This document shows positions 26,183 to 35,847 of a stretch of 55,822 nucleotides of DNA, in pieces. The number at the start of each line of letters is the position of its first letter. Position 1 is the first letter of the stretch. The notes under the pieces were generated by a model that was not told where the DNA came from, ran no database searches, and saw nothing but the letters and a program-made list of their open reading frames with translations. Source of the stretch: a virus (taxonomy: Duplodnaviria > Caudoviricetes); IMG/VR virus record IMGVR_UViG_3300020469_000059, positions 1 to 55,822 of that record, one strand, 5' to 3'. The position numbers and the translations under genes were made by a program.

Positions 26183-26524
26183 ATGAGAAAACTAGACAAG
26201 AGAAGTAACGATGAAAAAAGAAACGATGAAACCACCCAAAAGGTCTGTTCTCAAATAGACAGAATCTTTTCTTTAGACAAAGCCTGCAAAGGTCTTACTA
26301 GAGCAATCGAAGAATTCGACAAAGAACACGATAGTTCGATTTCTCTTTTTAATTCCTATTGGGTAGTTAGATACTGGCTAATCCAAGTCGGTAAAGAGCG
26401 TTACCAGAAAGTATTTAAAGATTACATTGAGAGGGGGGATGATATTTGTTTCCCGTCTGAAGGTCTTGAATCTATTATTAATGATTCAACAGAAGAAACT
26501 GATCTCTTCGGTAAATATGAGTAA
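26183..26524 (+). CDS. Hypothetical protein
   Basis: ATG at 26183 within ORF 26072..26524. Confidence 0.65.
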   Translation: MRKLDKRSNDEKRNDETTQKVCSQIDRIFSLDKACKGLTRAIEEFDKEHDSSISLFNSYWVVRYWLIQVGKERYQKVFKDYIERGDDICFPSEGLESIINDSTEETDLFGKYE

Positions 26525-26741
26525 CCAACCAGACCATCAAGACACACTTACCGTAGCACGTCGAGATCGACTAAACGAATGTCTACACACTCTTTCTGCG
26601 TGGGTAGACAAGCAGACGCTCGTTGAACACAACCCCGACACAACGCTTGAAATTCTTCAAAGAAAGGTTCAAGAAGTAGTCCACTCCGTCGAGAAGGCGG
26701 GGTGGAACGCGATACCAGAACACAAGAAGGATAAAACATAA
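26517..26741 (+). CDS. Hypothetical protein
   Basis: ATG at 26517 within ORF 26427..26741. Confidence 0.65.
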   Translation: MSNQPDHQDTLTVARRDRLNECLHTLSAWVDKQTLVEHNPDTTLEILQRKVQEVVHSVEKAGWNAIPEHKKDKT

Positions 26742-26743
26742 TT

Positions 26744-27838
26744 ATGAATACACCAGACCATCAAAGCAGAGGTCACGCGGAGTTCTCTCCGTCGAGCCTG
26801 AAGTATGTAGCCGCCTGTGCTGGCTATCAAGGGCGTGACGGCACGTCACCCGCTGCTGAGATGGGGACTCGTATTCATGAGGCTCTTGAAGTCTTCGATC
26901 CTTCCGCGCTCCACACTGAACAGGAGCATGAAATCTACGAGCAGATTGTTAAGATGGAGCAGGACTTCATGAGTAACTTCGCTGAGATCGAGGAAGAGCT
27001 TAACGAGATCCAAGTAGAGGTCGCGCTCGACGGCACTGAGACGTGGGGAACCTGTGACCGATTCTTGATCCTTAAAGGCAGTGACCGAGCGGTTATGGCT
27101 GACTACAAAACCGGAATCAGCATCATTGACCCGCCGGAAAAGAACTGGCAAGCGAAAGCATACACGACCGGAGCGTTCCAGAAGTATCCCGACATTAAGG
27201 AGATTGTATTCGCGTTCTACGTTCCGCAGCACAGTGCGACGCTGCACCACACGTTCACGCGAGAAGACCTCCCTACTCTGGTCGAAGACCTTAGCCGAGT
27301 CATTAAGGCTGGCGAAGAAGTAAGACCGAAGTGGGAGTCTGGCACGCCAGAGTTAGAGGAATGCACCCCGACTCAGTATTGCCGATTCTGTAGGCATGAA
27401 GATACCTGCCCTGCGTTAGGCGGACTCGTTATTAGTGTTGCCAAGAAACTCGATACCACTCTACCGGACATCGACCCGACCGACGTTGACAATCCGGCCA
27501 GACTCTCTGAGCTATTTAACATCGCGAAGATCGTAGAGAACTGGTCGATGTCGATTAAACGCAAAACACTCGACGCTCTTAAAGACGGCGAGCAGCTTGA
27601 CGGTCTTAAACTCCGCTCGATGGGCAGAACCAGAAAGATCTCCGATAATGCGACTTTTGTAAAAATCGCAAAAAAACATGGAATAGATCTGGACACGCTG
27701 CTGGATCAAGTTAATTTCCCCCTCGCCAAGGTTGCCAAAAAAGCGGGAGCCGACAGCAGACAATCTTTCCTCGACGAATGCACAGATGCAGGAATCGTAG
27801 AAACATCAGACGAGCGGCACTGTGTCGCGACTCAATAA
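26744..27838 (+). CDS. Cas4-like PD-(D/E)xK exonuclease (DUF2800 family)
   Basis: HAEFSPSS, GT.IH, GTCD, DYKTG, Q..AY; one N-terminal Cys plus CRFC.....C Fe-S ligands. Confidence 0.88.
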   Translation: MNTPDHQSRGHAEFSPSSLKYVAACAGYQGRDGTSPAAEMGTRIHEALEVFDPSALHTEQEHEIYEQIVKMEQDFMSNFAEIEEELNEIQVEVALDGTETWGTCDRFLILKGSDRAVMADYKTGISIIDPPEKNWQAKAYTTGAFQKYPDIKEIVFAFYVPQHSATLHHTFTREDLPTLVEDLSRVIKAGEEVRPKWESGTPELEECTPTQYCRFCRHEDTCPALGGLVISVAKKLDTTLPDIDPTDVDNPARLSELFNIAKIVENWSMSIKRKTLDALKDGEQLDGLKLRSMGRTRKISDNATFVKIAKKHGIDLDTLLDQVNFPLAKVAKKAGADSRQSFLDECTDAGIVETSDERHCVATQ

Positions 27839-27859
27839 ACCAAACCAATAATTGATATT

Positions 27860-28516
27860 ATGGCTAAAACCCAAAAGCAAGAAGTCGTTGCTGCTGAGAC
27901 CAACACTGGTCTCTCTACCAACGTAAGCGGAATCGAAATCGACGTAGAGGACATCGAGATTCCACGCATTAACGTCTGTCAAAAGATGTCTCAATCCGAC
28001 GCACCTGTCGGGTCGATTCTTTTCGACAAGACATACGAGATCGCCCCACCGGACACTCCGGTTAAGACGATCACCGTAGCTGCCCAGAAGGGCTGGCGGG
28101 AGAACATCCCTTTCGAGGAAGAGGATATCCCCCGCATCGCTTGGTCTAAAGAACAAGCCGACGCCATTGAATCGGAGTCGAATTGGGACATGACCGAGTT
28201 CGCAGAGATCACTCTCCTCATGCGTCAGCCTGAAGGTAGTGAAGAAGGCGATGCGTTCCAGTTGCCTATCGGCGACCACAACTACGCATTGGGCAAGATC
28301 AACGTAGGGAAGAACGCGTATCGTTCGACCTATAAGCGTCTTGCTACATTCGCGGCTCTCCAGTCTGGAGTTCCAATTCACAGCAAAGTTTGGAACTTCG
28401 TTTCTGAAGAACTCAGCAAGGGCAAGTATACTTGGTTCAACCCGTCTCTTAGCGTGACGAAGGAAGAAGCCGACGAAGATGTCACCGCCTTTGTTAAAAA
28501 CTTTCTCGGAGCGTAG
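27860..28516 (+). CDS. Putative ssDNA-binding/annealing protein
   Basis: DIEIPRINVCQKMS motif; position between Cas4-like nuclease and polymerase. Confidence 0.6.
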   Translation: MAKTQKQEVVAAETNTGLSTNVSGIEIDVEDIEIPRINVCQKMSQSDAPVGSILFDKTYEIAPPDTPVKTITVAAQKGWRENIPFEEEDIPRIAWSKEQADAIESESNWDMTEFAEITLLMRQPEGSEEGDAFQLPIGDHNYALGKINVGKNAYRSTYKRLATFAALQSGVPIHSKVWNFVSEELSKGKYTWFNPSLSVTKEEADEDVTAFVKNFLGA

Positions 28517-28518
28517 TT

Positions 28519-28707
28519 ATGACTGACGAAGAGAAAGAACAAAAAACCCGCGATCTCCTGCTTGAAGAGATCACGATGCTCGACGGCATGATCGCTGAAG
28601 TCGAGGAGCAACTCTCGCAAGTCGGGAGCAACTTGAGAAAGTTGCGGGTAGTTCGGGAGGCACTCCAGCACGTTACTGGCGAGCAGACCGAATTGGAATT
28701 GGACTAG
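28519..28707 (+). CDS. Small coiled-coil protein
   Basis: Heptad pattern; followed by a terminator. Confidence 0.7.
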   Translation: MTDEEKEQKTRDLLLEEITMLDGMIAEVEEQLSQVGSNLRKLRVVREALQHVTGEQTELELD

Positions 28708-28724
28708 GAATACTAGTAACACAT

Positions 28725-28772
28725 AAGCCCACCGCAGAGTTTTTAATTTTTTCCCTTTGCGGTGGGCTTTTT
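28725..28772 (+). terminator. Intrinsic terminator
   Basis: AAGCCCACCGCAGAG...CTTTGCGGTGGGCTT plus T tract. Confidence 0.8.
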
Positions 28773-28792
28773 CTGCTCACAAATAAACCAAT

Positions 28793-30550
28793 ATGATTAT
28801 ATACGCACTAGATTTTGAAACCTACTACGACAAGCACTGCTCTATACGACAGCTTGGACCGTTAGGTTACTTCTCCCACTACGACTTCGACGCCTATATG
28901 GTGAGCGTCGTAGGAGATGACGGCTACGAGTTTGTCGGCCACCCTGAAGATTTCGACTGGAACCTGCTTAACGGCAATATCGTTCTGTCACATAACGCAT
29001 CATTTGATGAAACACTTTACCTATATGGAATCAACTGCGGTTGGTGGCCGGAGGTAAAACCAGCAGAATGGCACTGCACCGCTGACATGGCCGCTGCGGT
29101 CGGCTTGCCGAGATCCCTGAAGAACTCAACCGCTGAAGCTTTCGATCTGGAGATCTCCAAATCCACCCGTGATAATATGTCTGGCAAGACATGGGCGGGT
29201 ATGTCTAAAGAGTTCCAGAAGGAAGTAGAGGAGTATGCCATCAAGGACTCCGTCCTCTGCCTCCGTCTATGGAAGGCTTACGAGTCCAAATGGTCGCAGT
29301 TTGAGCGGGATATCAGCGTCACGAATAGACGCATCGTCCAGAGGGGAATCCCGATTGACGTGGACGCTCTACGAAAAGCTAAGGAGACAATAAACGAACT
29401 CATCTTTGAAACGGAGAAGGCGATACCTTGGGCAGACGAGAAGCCCTTACTTAGCCGTAAAGCATTCGATGAACACTGCATCAATCTCGGCATCGAGCCA
29501 CCTGCCTCGCTCGCTAAAACTGATGTTGATGCCCAGCGGTGGATACTGGCACACGGTCACAAATACAAATGGATCGAGGCTGTGACGAACTGGCGTCGTA
29601 TCAATACCATCAAGAAGAAGCTCGATAGCTTCGACTGCGCGACGATGCCAGACAACCGATACTATGGCGGCATCATGTATTTCGGCGGACACACCGGACG
29701 CTTCAGTGGTAGTGGGGGTAACCTTAATCTCCAGAACCTACCTAGAGAGGGCATGTTTGGAGTCAATATGCGTAACCTCATTACCGCACCTAAAGGTAAG
29801 AAGCTAGTCGTCGTAGACCTCTCTCAGATCGAAGTCCGCACTCTTTGCTGGCTATCGGGCGACCGAGAGACGATGGACGCAATCCAAGAGTCGGACGATA
29901 TCTACGAAGCGTTCGCTATTCAGTTTGGACTGTGGTCTGAAGATAAAGGAGTCCTGAAGAAGAGAGACCCCAAGCTCAGACACAAAGTCAAGGCTCTCGT
30001 ATTGGGCTGCGGATACGGCGCGGGGGCTAAAAGGTTTGCTGAGATGTATGATATGCCTCAACAAGAAGCTCAAGACGCTGTAGATCTTTACCGGACTAAG
30101 CTTGCGAAGGTTCCCCGATACTGGAGGAAACTCGGCAAACAAGTCGATAAAGCATATGACGTAGGCCACCTGTCTCTACCACTCCCGTCAGGGAGGTCTC
30201 TTAACTACGGCAATCTTCGCAAGACTTTAGCTCAAGGACGAATCCAGTTTGTCTCTAGTGTCAACCGGAACGGGCAAAAACGCATCATGAAACTATGGGG
30301 CGGAGTCCTCGCTGAGAATCTCTCACAGGCTCTGGCCAGAGATATTTTCAGTTTCATGATGTTAGAGATCGACAAGGCTGGCATAGACATTATCTTCCAC
30401 GTCCATGATGAAGTGGTCTGCGAGTGTGATGAAGACGAAGCCGAAGAAACCCTACAAAAAATTACCCAAATTATGTCCACTCCTCCTGAGTGGATTAGCG
30501 ATATTCCTCTGGATGCGGAGGGAGAAATTCTAACCCAATACCAAAAATAA
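28793..30550 (+). CDS. polA: Family A DNA polymerase with 3'-5' exonuclease
   Basis: Exo DFET / HNASFD / YAIKD; motif A DLSQIEVR, motif B RHKVKALVLGCGYG, motif C HVHDE. Confidence 0.95.
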   Translation: MIIYALDFETYYDKHCSIRQLGPLGYFSHYDFDAYMVSVVGDDGYEFVGHPEDFDWNLLNGNIVLSHNASFDETLYLYGINCGWWPEVKPAEWHCTADMAAAVGLPRSLKNSTAEAFDLEISKSTRDNMSGKTWAGMSKEFQKEVEEYAIKDSVLCLRLWKAYESKWSQFERDISVTNRRIVQRGIPIDVDALRKAKETINELIFETEKAIPWADEKPLLSRKAFDEHCINLGIEPPASLAKTDVDAQRWILAHGHKYKWIEAVTNWRRINTIKKKLDSFDCATMPDNRYYGGIMYFGGHTGRFSGSGGNLNLQNLPREGMFGVNMRNLITAPKGKKLVVVDLSQIEVRTLCWLSGDRETMDAIQESDDIYEAFAIQFGLWSEDKGVLKKRDPKLRHKVKALVLGCGYGAGAKRFAEMYDMPQQEAQDAVDLYRTKLAKVPRYWRKLGKQVDKAYDVGHLSLPLPSGRSLNYGNLRKTLAQGRIQFVSSVNRNGQKRIMKLWGGVLAENLSQALARDIFSFMMLEIDKAGIDIIFHVHDEVVCECDEDEAEETLQKITQIMSTPPEWISDIPLDAEGEILTQYQK

Positions 30551-32740
30551 ATGACCTACAGATATTTGCGTAACTTACGCGACAGTAAAGCCCAGAGAAC
30601 TAGTGAACTCGATAACCTTAAACTAAAGAAGCCATCATTTAAGAATAAAGCCGACTACCGAGAATGGTGCAGTAATAATAATACTGATCACGTATTCTAT
30701 TCTTGTGGTGAGGGACGCGCCCCCTCCAAACGGATTAGTAACGACAACCCCATCCACAAGATCCACGGCGTAGTAGCCGACTACGACTCACCCCTCGATT
30801 GGAAATCTTTTAGGAATAAGTTGGCCAACGCCTGTGCGGGTATACCGCTCCCTACGTGGGCTAGCCGAACTCAAAGCGGTTATCTGCGATTAGTTTGGGA
30901 ATTTGATTCGCCCATACCGATTGACCCCTCTATGTATGACTCGTTCATGGGCTACATAAACAAGTCGCTGAAGATGGACAAACTCTTCGCTGGTTTTGAT
31001 AAGACTTCATTGAAACCTAATCAATATTTTGAGTTAGGTGAAGACTGGATTAAAACAGGGGACGCGATCCCGACAGACGTGTTCCATGCCTGCCTGTCTA
31101 AGGCGGTGTCATCTAAGCCGCCGGAATCTTCAGATACATCTGTTCCTTTAGACGTGGTTGCACCGGAAGTCGAATCCCGATTCCCGAATCGTTGGTTCGG
31201 TGAATTTGAAGTAGGGGCCAGAGGGCCATTGTTCTGGATCGATGACGGCATCGACCGAGACGGCTGTCAGGTTGTGGAGGACGGCGTTGTGTGCTACAGC
31301 GACCGCGCTGGCAAAGGGTTCATGAGTTGGGGCGATATCTTTGGCGGTTCATTCGTCAAAGACTACGAGACCAAGAAGCTGTCTACCCTACTCGACGAAT
31401 ACTGGTTCAATGGTAAGACCTTCTTCAAGCTTCTATACGGAAACGCCGTGTCGATACCGAAAGAGCAACTCCTACTAGAACTTCGGCAAGCGGGGTTCTC
31501 TGTCAGGGTCAGGAGAGGTAGGGCGATCAGCGAGGTCGAGGAAGCTCTCCTGACAGTTAGTAACAACAATCGGATCGACGAGATCGCACCTGTGGTGTTC
31601 TCAAGTGACCGCATTGTGTCCTATAATGCTACCCGTATTCTCAACTGCTCTAACCTAGTTCCAGTGGAGCCAGACTCGGATGGAGATCCAGCCAAGTGGC
31701 CGTTCCTGCACCAATGGCTGAATCAGCTATTCGCAAACAGCTCAAAGAACCCCGCCTTAGATTATTTTTACTCATGGTTGCAGCGTTTCTATACTGCGGT
31801 TTTGGATAGGGTTCCCTTACAGGGACAAGCTCTGCTGCTGGTCGGGCCGACAGGTCGCGGCAAGTCGCTATTGTCGAACAAAATTATCAGTGGCCTTGTA
31901 GGGGGTTTCTCTGATGCGTCTGACTACCTATCAGGTCAGACGAAGTTCAACAAAGACTTAGGTCGTGTCGCCTCATGGGTTATTGACGATACGACCTCGG
32001 CAGCTAGCTTCCAAGACCAGAGACGTGCGACCGAACTTCTCAAGCGTGCGGTAGCCAATCCGAGAGTTGAATATATGGCCAAGTATGCGGACGCCATGTC
32101 GATTCCTTGGACAGGCCGAGTTACCCTGTCGCTGAACATGGACGCAAACTCACTGTCAGTGATCCCGTCTCTGGATACCAGTAACCGCGATAAGCTCATG
32201 GCTTTGTTGATTAGCAATAAGTCCACTAATAGTTTTCCGGCTAACTCCCAGCTAGAGGCTACCATCGAACAAGAGCTGCCCCACTTCGGTAAGTTCCTGC
32301 TCGACTGGAAAGTTCCTAAAGAAGTCGAGGACGTTGGTAGGTTTGGGGTTAAGTCATACATCGACCCCACCATCGCGGACGCCGCTTACGACAACAGCAG
32401 TCGTAGTTCCATCGCGGAGTTGGTCGAGTTCTTCGCCAAGCGTTGCCGTGAGATTTACCCTGACATGGGTAAATGGAGCGGGACTCTGACTGAGTTTCAG
32501 GTGATGGTGCATGAACTAAACAACGGTCGTGACGTTGGTTCTTCTCGTAATCTGGAGTTCTGCCGACGAGGTATGATCACTCTAGAAGAAGCTAGTCGGG
32601 TCAATAACAAGATCCGGCCCGTCATGTCCCAAGGACAAGGGGGAGGTAAATTATGGAGCATTGACCTAAGTGAGAAATACGATATAGGTTATACTTCGGA
32701 TGACAAACGAGGACATGAGGAGGCAGGAGCTTTGCGGTGA
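30551..32740 (+). CDS. Primase fused to SF3-like helicase
   Basis: N-terminal VADYD and SRTQSG..R motifs; C-terminal GPTGRGKS and WVIDD. Confidence 0.8.
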   Translation: MTYRYLRNLRDSKAQRTSELDNLKLKKPSFKNKADYREWCSNNNTDHVFYSCGEGRAPSKRISNDNPIHKIHGVVADYDSPLDWKSFRNKLANACAGIPLPTWASRTQSGYLRLVWEFDSPIPIDPSMYDSFMGYINKSLKMDKLFAGFDKTSLKPNQYFELGEDWIKTGDAIPTDVFHACLSKAVSSKPPESSDTSVPLDVVAPEVESRFPNRWFGEFEVGARGPLFWIDDGIDRDGCQVVEDGVVCYSDRAGKGFMSWGDIFGGSFVKDYETKKLSTLLDEYWFNGKTFFKLLYGNAVSIPKEQLLLELRQAGFSVRVRRGRAISEVEEALLTVSNNNRIDEIAPVVFSSDRIVSYNATRILNCSNLVPVEPDSDGDPAKWPFLHQWLNQLFANSSKNPALDYFYSWLQRFYTAVLDRVPLQGQALLLVGPTGRGKSLLSNKIISGLVGGFSDASDYLSGQTKFNKDLGRVASWVIDDTTSAASFQDQRRATELLKRAVANPRVEYMAKYADAMSIPWTGRVTLSLNMDANSLSVIPSLDTSNRDKLMALLISNKSTNSFPANSQLEATIEQELPHFGKFLLDWKVPKEVEDVGRFGVKSYIDPTIADAAYDNSSRSSIAELVEFFAKRCREIYPDMGKWSGTLTEFQVMVHELNNGRDVGSSRNLEFCRRGMITLEEASRVNNKIRPVMSQGQGGGKLWSIDLSEKYDIGYTSDDKRGHEEAGALR

Positions 32741-32921
32741 ATTTTGGCTGGATCTGCGTGAAGCCATAGAAGAAGTCGGGGGAGACCCATCAACTATAGA
32801 CCTTTACGCAGACGCGCCACTTAGTGAGTTTATCGAACTCGTAGCACCAAACGGCATAAGACCCTTCTTTAAAAAGACGGGCCACATCCACCACAAAAAA
32901 CTACCGCCGGAGGAAGAGTGA
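32700..32921 (+). CDS. Hypothetical protein
   Basis: Last + strand ORF of the replication block. Confidence 0.55.
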   Translation: MTNEDMRRQELCGEFWLDLREAIEEVGGDPSTIDLYADAPLSEFIELVAPNGIRPFFKKTGHIHHKKLPPEEE

Positions 32922-33419
32922 CTCGAAAGCGTCGGGCCTACGAGTCTTCCTGATCTCGATGTTGTATCCGTCAGCCTTGAAACGGAACCCGTCTTTGTCT
33001 AGCGATCCTCTCTTATCGAATCGTTTTTTATGGATGATCGTCTTCTTAGGAGTCCACCCGCAGAGCCATACCTTACGTAGACCTTTGTGGACCCGCATGA
33101 AGAAGTATATGTCGGCCTCAAACTTACTAAATTTGGTTCTGACTACTGAAGCGTTGTAGTCCAGTTTAGGCGGGGTGTTGCAACCCTTAGCCTTAACGTC
33201 AACCTTGAGACCCTTGTATTCGTAGTCGTGGGTGAAGGACTTGTCTCCTACGTAGTCGAACTGCTTGAAGGTATTCTCGAAAGCGACCTCACCTAAGAAG
33301 CCAGTCATGTTTCCTTTGCCGTTAGTGAATGATGTCCTCAATTCACCTAACGCATCGGATCTTCGGCACGCTTCCGCGACATCTTCTGGCGTAGGTTTGT
33401 AGAGTATGAATCGACTCAT
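32901..33419 (-). CDS. PD-(D/E)xK endonuclease-like protein
   Basis: GFLGEVAF...HD...KVDVKAK...DIYFF..V...WLCGW. Confidence 0.65.
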   Translation of the reverse strand: MSRFILYKPTPEDVAEACRRSDALGELRTSFTNGKGNMTGFLGEVAFENTFKQFDYVGDKSFTHDYEYKGLKVDVKAKGCNTPPKLDYNASVVRTKFSKFEADIYFFMRVHKGLRKVWLCGWTPKKTIIHKKRFDKRGSLDKDGFRFKADGYNIEIRKTRRPDAFESLFLRR

Positions 33420-33697
33420 GATTTGCGCTTACGCGCTTTCTTCAGGAGCCTCTTTTTGCTCCTGTATCTCGCGGTCTTCTCCGCGATCTTTTTTGGCTGC
33501 TTGACGTATTGTTTGCCCTTACGCATGCCTTTACGTTTTTTGCGACTGGTTCGGGCATATTCCTCGTCAGTCAAAGCTTCACGCGCAGCCTTCGGTAAAT
33601 ACCGCTCGCCCGTTTTGAGCGACGGCTTACCTGACTTGGTTCCCCACTTCTCCCGTGTCCAGTTGTCGAGGGATCTCTGTGAAGCTTTCTTGGGCAT
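33416..33697 (-). CDS. Basic protein, DUF5872-like C-terminal half
   Basis: QRSL.NWT.EKW.TKSG...ERYLPK.A...L...E...T..KK.KG...GKQ.V. Confidence 0.7.
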   Translation of the reverse strand: MPKKASQRSLDNWTREKWGTKSGKPSLKTGERYLPKAAREALTDEEYARTSRKKRKGMRKGKQYVKQPKKIAEKTARYRSKKRLLKKARKRKS

Positions 33698-33876
33698 TAG
33701 TAACCGGATTGGGGTTTGGCGCGTTTACGGATTATCTTATTAGCCTTCTTTTTAGTAGACGGCTTAGTGTGTCCGTAGCCTCTCTTCTTCATGGCAAGGT
33801 GCTGCTCGTAGGTGTCAGCCTTGTATCCTTTGCCATTCTTGTCGTACATCATGTGTGGTTTGAAGTCTTTCTTCAT
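33697..33876 (-). CDS. Small basic protein (59 aa)
   Basis: Read manually: MKKDFKPHMMYDKNGKGYKADTYEQHLAMKKRGYGH...; TAATG coupling. Confidence 0.75.
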   Translation of the reverse strand: MKKDFKPHMMYDKNGKGYKADTYEQHLAMKKRGYGHTKPSTKKKANKIIRKRAKPQSGY

Positions 33877-33901
33877 CTGTTTCTCTAAGGTTGGGGTTTA
33901 G

Positions 33902-34087
33902 TTAATTTCGATAGCCTCCTCCGGCTTTTTTGTATCTTGCTGCTAGTAGTTGTGCTTTTCGTGCAGACCATTGACCAGCTTTACCGCCTTTAGTCCCTGC
34001 TTTGATTGAGTTGAATAGACGCTTCCTCATCGTAGGCTTCGTGTAGTTGCCTGCCTCATTTACTCTTGATTTACTTTTCTTCTTCAT
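33902..34087 (-). CDS. Basic protein, DUF5872-like N-terminal half
   Basis: YTKP.MRKRL...IKAG.KGGK.GQWSARKAQLLA..YKKAGGGY. Confidence 0.75.
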   Translation of the reverse strand: MKKKSKSRVNEAGNYTKPTMRKRLFNSIKAGTKGGKAGQWSARKAQLLAARYKKAGGGYRN

Positions 34088-34698
34088 TCGGCCACCCTCT
34101 GTTCTACTCGTTCTGCGAACGATGCTTTCTTCTTCGCTTCCTCTTTCAGAAGGTTAGCGAGAAGATCCATTCTGGCGGCTACGCCTGAACCGGATTCTTT
34201 AGCCGCTTTATATTCGTCATTGTCGAGAAATTCTTTAGCGGCTTCAGTAAATTTACCTTCTCGGATGTTCTCCATCGTTTTAGGTGAGCCGGACAAGCCT
34301 CCTCTATAAACAGATGAAATCGCGGCGTCTTGAAGGTCTGGAGAAAGGTCGAAGAACTTGTCGCCAAGCATGTCCGATTTAATCGCACGCGACGCTTTAT
34401 CGGTAATCGATTTCATCATCATGGCTCTAGCGGTTTCTTCCGTGACGGACTTACCAGAAAGATCGGCTTTGTCCGCGATGCCACTCTTCCCCATCGTAAT
34501 CTTGCCAGTGTAGTAGGGTGACTTCTTATAAGCGGCGTCACTACCATCACCAATGAGGCTACCGTAACCGACAGTCCAATACCCTTTGGAATCTTTATAA
34601 GGCTTGGCGACGAACCCTTCTTTGCTCTTAACTTCTTCTGCTAGCTTTGAAAAACTGTAGGGCTTTTTGTTGGGTCTGACTAATACGGGATCTGGCAT
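34084..34698 (-). CDS. T4-type (GH24) lysozyme
   Basis: EGFVAKPYKDSKGYWTVGYG with E-D-T catalytic spacing; AAKEFLD. Confidence 0.85.
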   Translation of the reverse strand: MPDPVLVRPNKKPYSFSKLAEEVKSKEGFVAKPYKDSKGYWTVGYGSLIGDGSDAAYKKSPYYTGKITMGKSGIADKADLSGKSVTEETARAMMMKSITDKASRAIKSDMLGDKFFDLSPDLQDAAISSVYRGGLSGSPKTMENIREGKFTEAAKEFLDNDEYKAAKESGSGVAARMDLLANLLKEEAKKKASFAERVEQRVAE

Positions 34699-34985
34699 TA
34701 CTTTAGGCGTTTAAGGATTCGTTCGTAGGCCGGAAAGAAGACTTCATCAATACAGCGGACACAGGCTTCTTCTTCAAAGTTTTCGCAGAACGAAATACCA
34801 GCGATGTGGAAAGCGGCGTGCAACATTTCATGTCGTAAAGTCGGGATGATTTCGTGTTCTGGTAGCTTATTATGTAACTGGATTATTCGTTTCTCATGAA
34901 GATACTGTCCGTAGCACCCCTCTAACTCAGTCTTATGGATCTTGATCCGCTGACCCGCGATCATGACTGATTTTAAGGATTTCAC
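34698..34985 (-). CDS. Minimal zinc metallopeptidase-like protein
   Basis: TLRHEMLHA (HExxH) plus downstream EE. Confidence 0.65.
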   Translation of the reverse strand: MKSLKSVMIAGQRIKIHKTELEGCYGQYLHEKRIIQLHNKLPEHEIIPTLRHEMLHAAFHIAGISFCENFEEEACVRCIDEVFFPAYERILKRLK

Positions 34986-35197
34986 TTTCTTGATCTGTTA
35001 CTTGATTTACTGAGTAGTCGTAAGTTTCCGCGTGAGTTGTTTCTAGGATTGCCGTCTTTGTGGTCAACGTCCTTGCCCTTGACCCGCTTCCCTAAGATCT
35101 TCTTCATCTTACGGCGTGCGCCATTACGGCTAGCCCGATTCTTTTTCTGTTTCGGCTTGCTATGGTAGTTGTCGTATTCTTTTTGGTAGTTCCTCAT
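34982..35197 (-). CDS. Small HNH-motif protein
   Basis: DVDHKDGNPRNNSRGNLR...N. Confidence 0.75.
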   Translation of the reverse strand: MRNYQKEYDNYHSKPKQKKNRASRNGARRKMKKILGKRVKGKDVDHKDGNPRNNSRGNLRLLSKSSNRSRK

Positions 35198-35847
35198 GCG
35201 TTTTTAAAGTAGCTGACGATTGCCTGTGCGTATGCGTCGGCTAGTAGTGCGTGTTTCACATCAAATAGAACCCATTCCTTTGGGCAGCTACCGAAGAAAG
35301 GCTCGCAGATCACGGCTGGTGGTGGCACGCTCCTCAAGAACCCGCCCCCGCGACCGTCTGATTCAATCGGCTTGATCCCTCTATCCGACTGCACTTTAAA
35401 GGTCTCAGCGTGGGCTTCTCGGAAACACTCAGCCAGACGGCGACCGTTGTTGCTGGTGTGGTAATACAGGTATTCGTAGCCCTCTGCTTTCGAGCTTGAG
35501 TAGCTGTTGAAGTGCAGCTCAATCGCGATGTCGCACTTCTCCTCCGCGATGCTCTGCCCCAACCAGTCCATCGCGCCGCTGTAGCTCTCCGACGGATAGT
35601 CATCGAACACAACGGATTGGACTCCTTGGTGGCGCAGGTGGTTCTTCAGCAGGTCTGCTACTTTCTTGTTGTAAGACCACTCGTCTACGCCGCCGACGGA
35701 AGTGGCCCCTTTATCTCCGATCCTGCTGTGACCCACGCAGATGGCTACTTTCTTGAGCTTCCTAACCTTCTTGCGCTTGACGGCTTTAGCCGCTTTGTAA
35801 GCGGACACAAGTTCTAATATCTTGTCGAGTATTTGGCTTGGACTCAT
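35194..35847 (-). CDS. N-acetylmuramoyl-L-alanine amidase (Amidase_3) endolysin
   Basis: GH...E...ELHFNS...ICEPFF zinc-amidase motifs. Confidence 0.9.
   Translation of the reverse strand: MSPSQILDKILELVSAYKAAKAVKRKKVRKLKKVAICVGHSRIGDKGATSVGGVDEWSYNKKVADLLKNHLRHQGVQSVVFDDYPSESYSGAMDWLGQSIAEEKCDIAIELHFNSYSSSKAEGYEYLYYHTSNNGRRLAECFREAHAETFKVQSDRGIKPIESDGRGGGFLRSVPPPAVICEPFFGSCPKEWVLFDVKHALLADAYAQAIVSYFKNA

Noticed and set aside
26744-27838. CRISPR-associated cas4
   Set aside because: Stand-alone DUF2800-type nuclease in the usual nuclease-SSB-polymerase context; no cas1/cas2 or array
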